Source: Candidatus Babeliales bacterium
Lineage (GTDB): Bacteria > Babelota > Babeliae > Babelales > JANWKD01
Assembly (NCBI GenBank): GCA_963722255.1
Contig: CAVRJO010000002.1
Coordinates: 224,001 to 288,000, forward strand
Reading direction: 5' to 3'
Length of the DNA stretch: 64,000 nt
In this document: positions 63,503-64,000 of the stretch, piece by piece
Layout: every line of letters begins with the position of its first letter
How positions within the stretch are numbered: position 1 is the first letter of the stretch
The notes under the pieces: model-generated
Databases searched by the model: none
Seen by the model: only the letters and a program-made list of their open reading frames with translations
What the model was told of the DNA's origin: nothing
Program-made: the position numbers and the translations under genes

Positions 63503-64000
63503 CTAAATTATTTTTGGAGGCAAATTAAATTCAGCTTCATACTTCTTTAGTTCAGCAAGCATCATGCGCGCTTTAAAACATTTAAATTTAGATTCATTAG
63601 AATTTTTTGATCGATCTGAACAAAAGCACTCGATGTTATTTTTTAAAAGATTTTCAACAGAATCCGATTTATCTTTATGAGCAGATTTATAAATATCCGG
63701 ATTGAATTGAAGCAAAGTAAAAAATGCTTCTAATTTTAAGTCTTCAGCTGCCTCCTGCAATAATGTTTGATTAGTTGAATAATAAGTCTCACGATGCATA
63801 GTAGACATTTTAGAATTAACTAATTCAGGTGCTTTAGTAAGCAGCAATGAAATAACGATTCCATCGTCTGCCTCAACGGCATTCGAAATGGTGTGAATAT
63901 CGGGATATACCCCTGCTTTAAGAGCAATTTTAACTAGATGAGCATTATCTGAATAATGCCAAAGAGGAAAATCATCAAGGGAACCATAACGATTTTTATA
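63503..64000 (-). CDS. Degenerate ankyrin-like protein, 5' part outside the window
   Basis: The frame stays open upstream of the listed ORF (…HLVKIALKAGVYPD…TLLQEAA…LLQFNPD). Confidence 0.55.
   Translation of the reverse strand, partial: YKNRYGSLDDFPLWHYSDNAHLVKIALKAGVYPDIHTISNAVEADDGIVISLLLTKAPELVNSKMSTMHRETYYSTNQTLLQEAAEDLKLEAFFTLLQFNPDIYKSAHKDKSDSVENLLKNNIECFCSDRSKNSNESKFKCFKARMMLAELKKYEAEFNLPPKII

Noticed and set aside
1..64000. CRISPR arrays, tRNA, rRNA or tmRNA genes
   Set aside because: I saw no regularly spaced repeats, cloverleaf/T-loop signatures or rRNA-like sequence by eye; a tool scan was not possible.

Overview
AT-rich bacterial chromosome window. It most likely comes from a protist-associated intracellular bacterium of the Candidatus Dependentiae (Babelota/TM6) type; this is inferred from gene content and protein style, not from a database search. 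Layout: (1) 1-3.6 kb: small secreted-protein genes and an IS5-family (ISL2-group) element, inside a segment bracketed by an ~80-bp direct repeat of the rplQ 3' end plus terminator that also holds an orphan sbcC 3' fragment. (2) 3.6-22.9 kb: the str-S10-spc-alpha superoperon on the minus strand, with no rpmD and many indels that look like sequencing or consensus errors. (3) rseP, an intact class C group II intron just after the rplM terminator, an NhaC-family transporter, pepP, a second copy of the IS inserted in a terminator hairpin, murC, merR, yidC and recR. (4) Three tandem exported GH1 glycosidases, the last overlapping a eukaryote-like (ACER3-type) alkaline ceramidase. This is a candidate glycosphingolipid-degrading module and the top finding. 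(5) A palindromic element and a candidate structured RNA near rplS. (6) An effector-rich region with a 1629-aa protein carrying a Josephin-like protease domain, a Skp1/BTB-propeller protein, ankyrin proteins (one with an F-box-like tail), an AbiE toxin-antitoxin pair and a padR-uvrA-like module. Nine exported proteins share an [A/S/P]-M-[E/Q] motif at the predicted signal-peptide cleavage site. All protein calls are by motif recognition, and coordinates of frameshifted genes are approximate.
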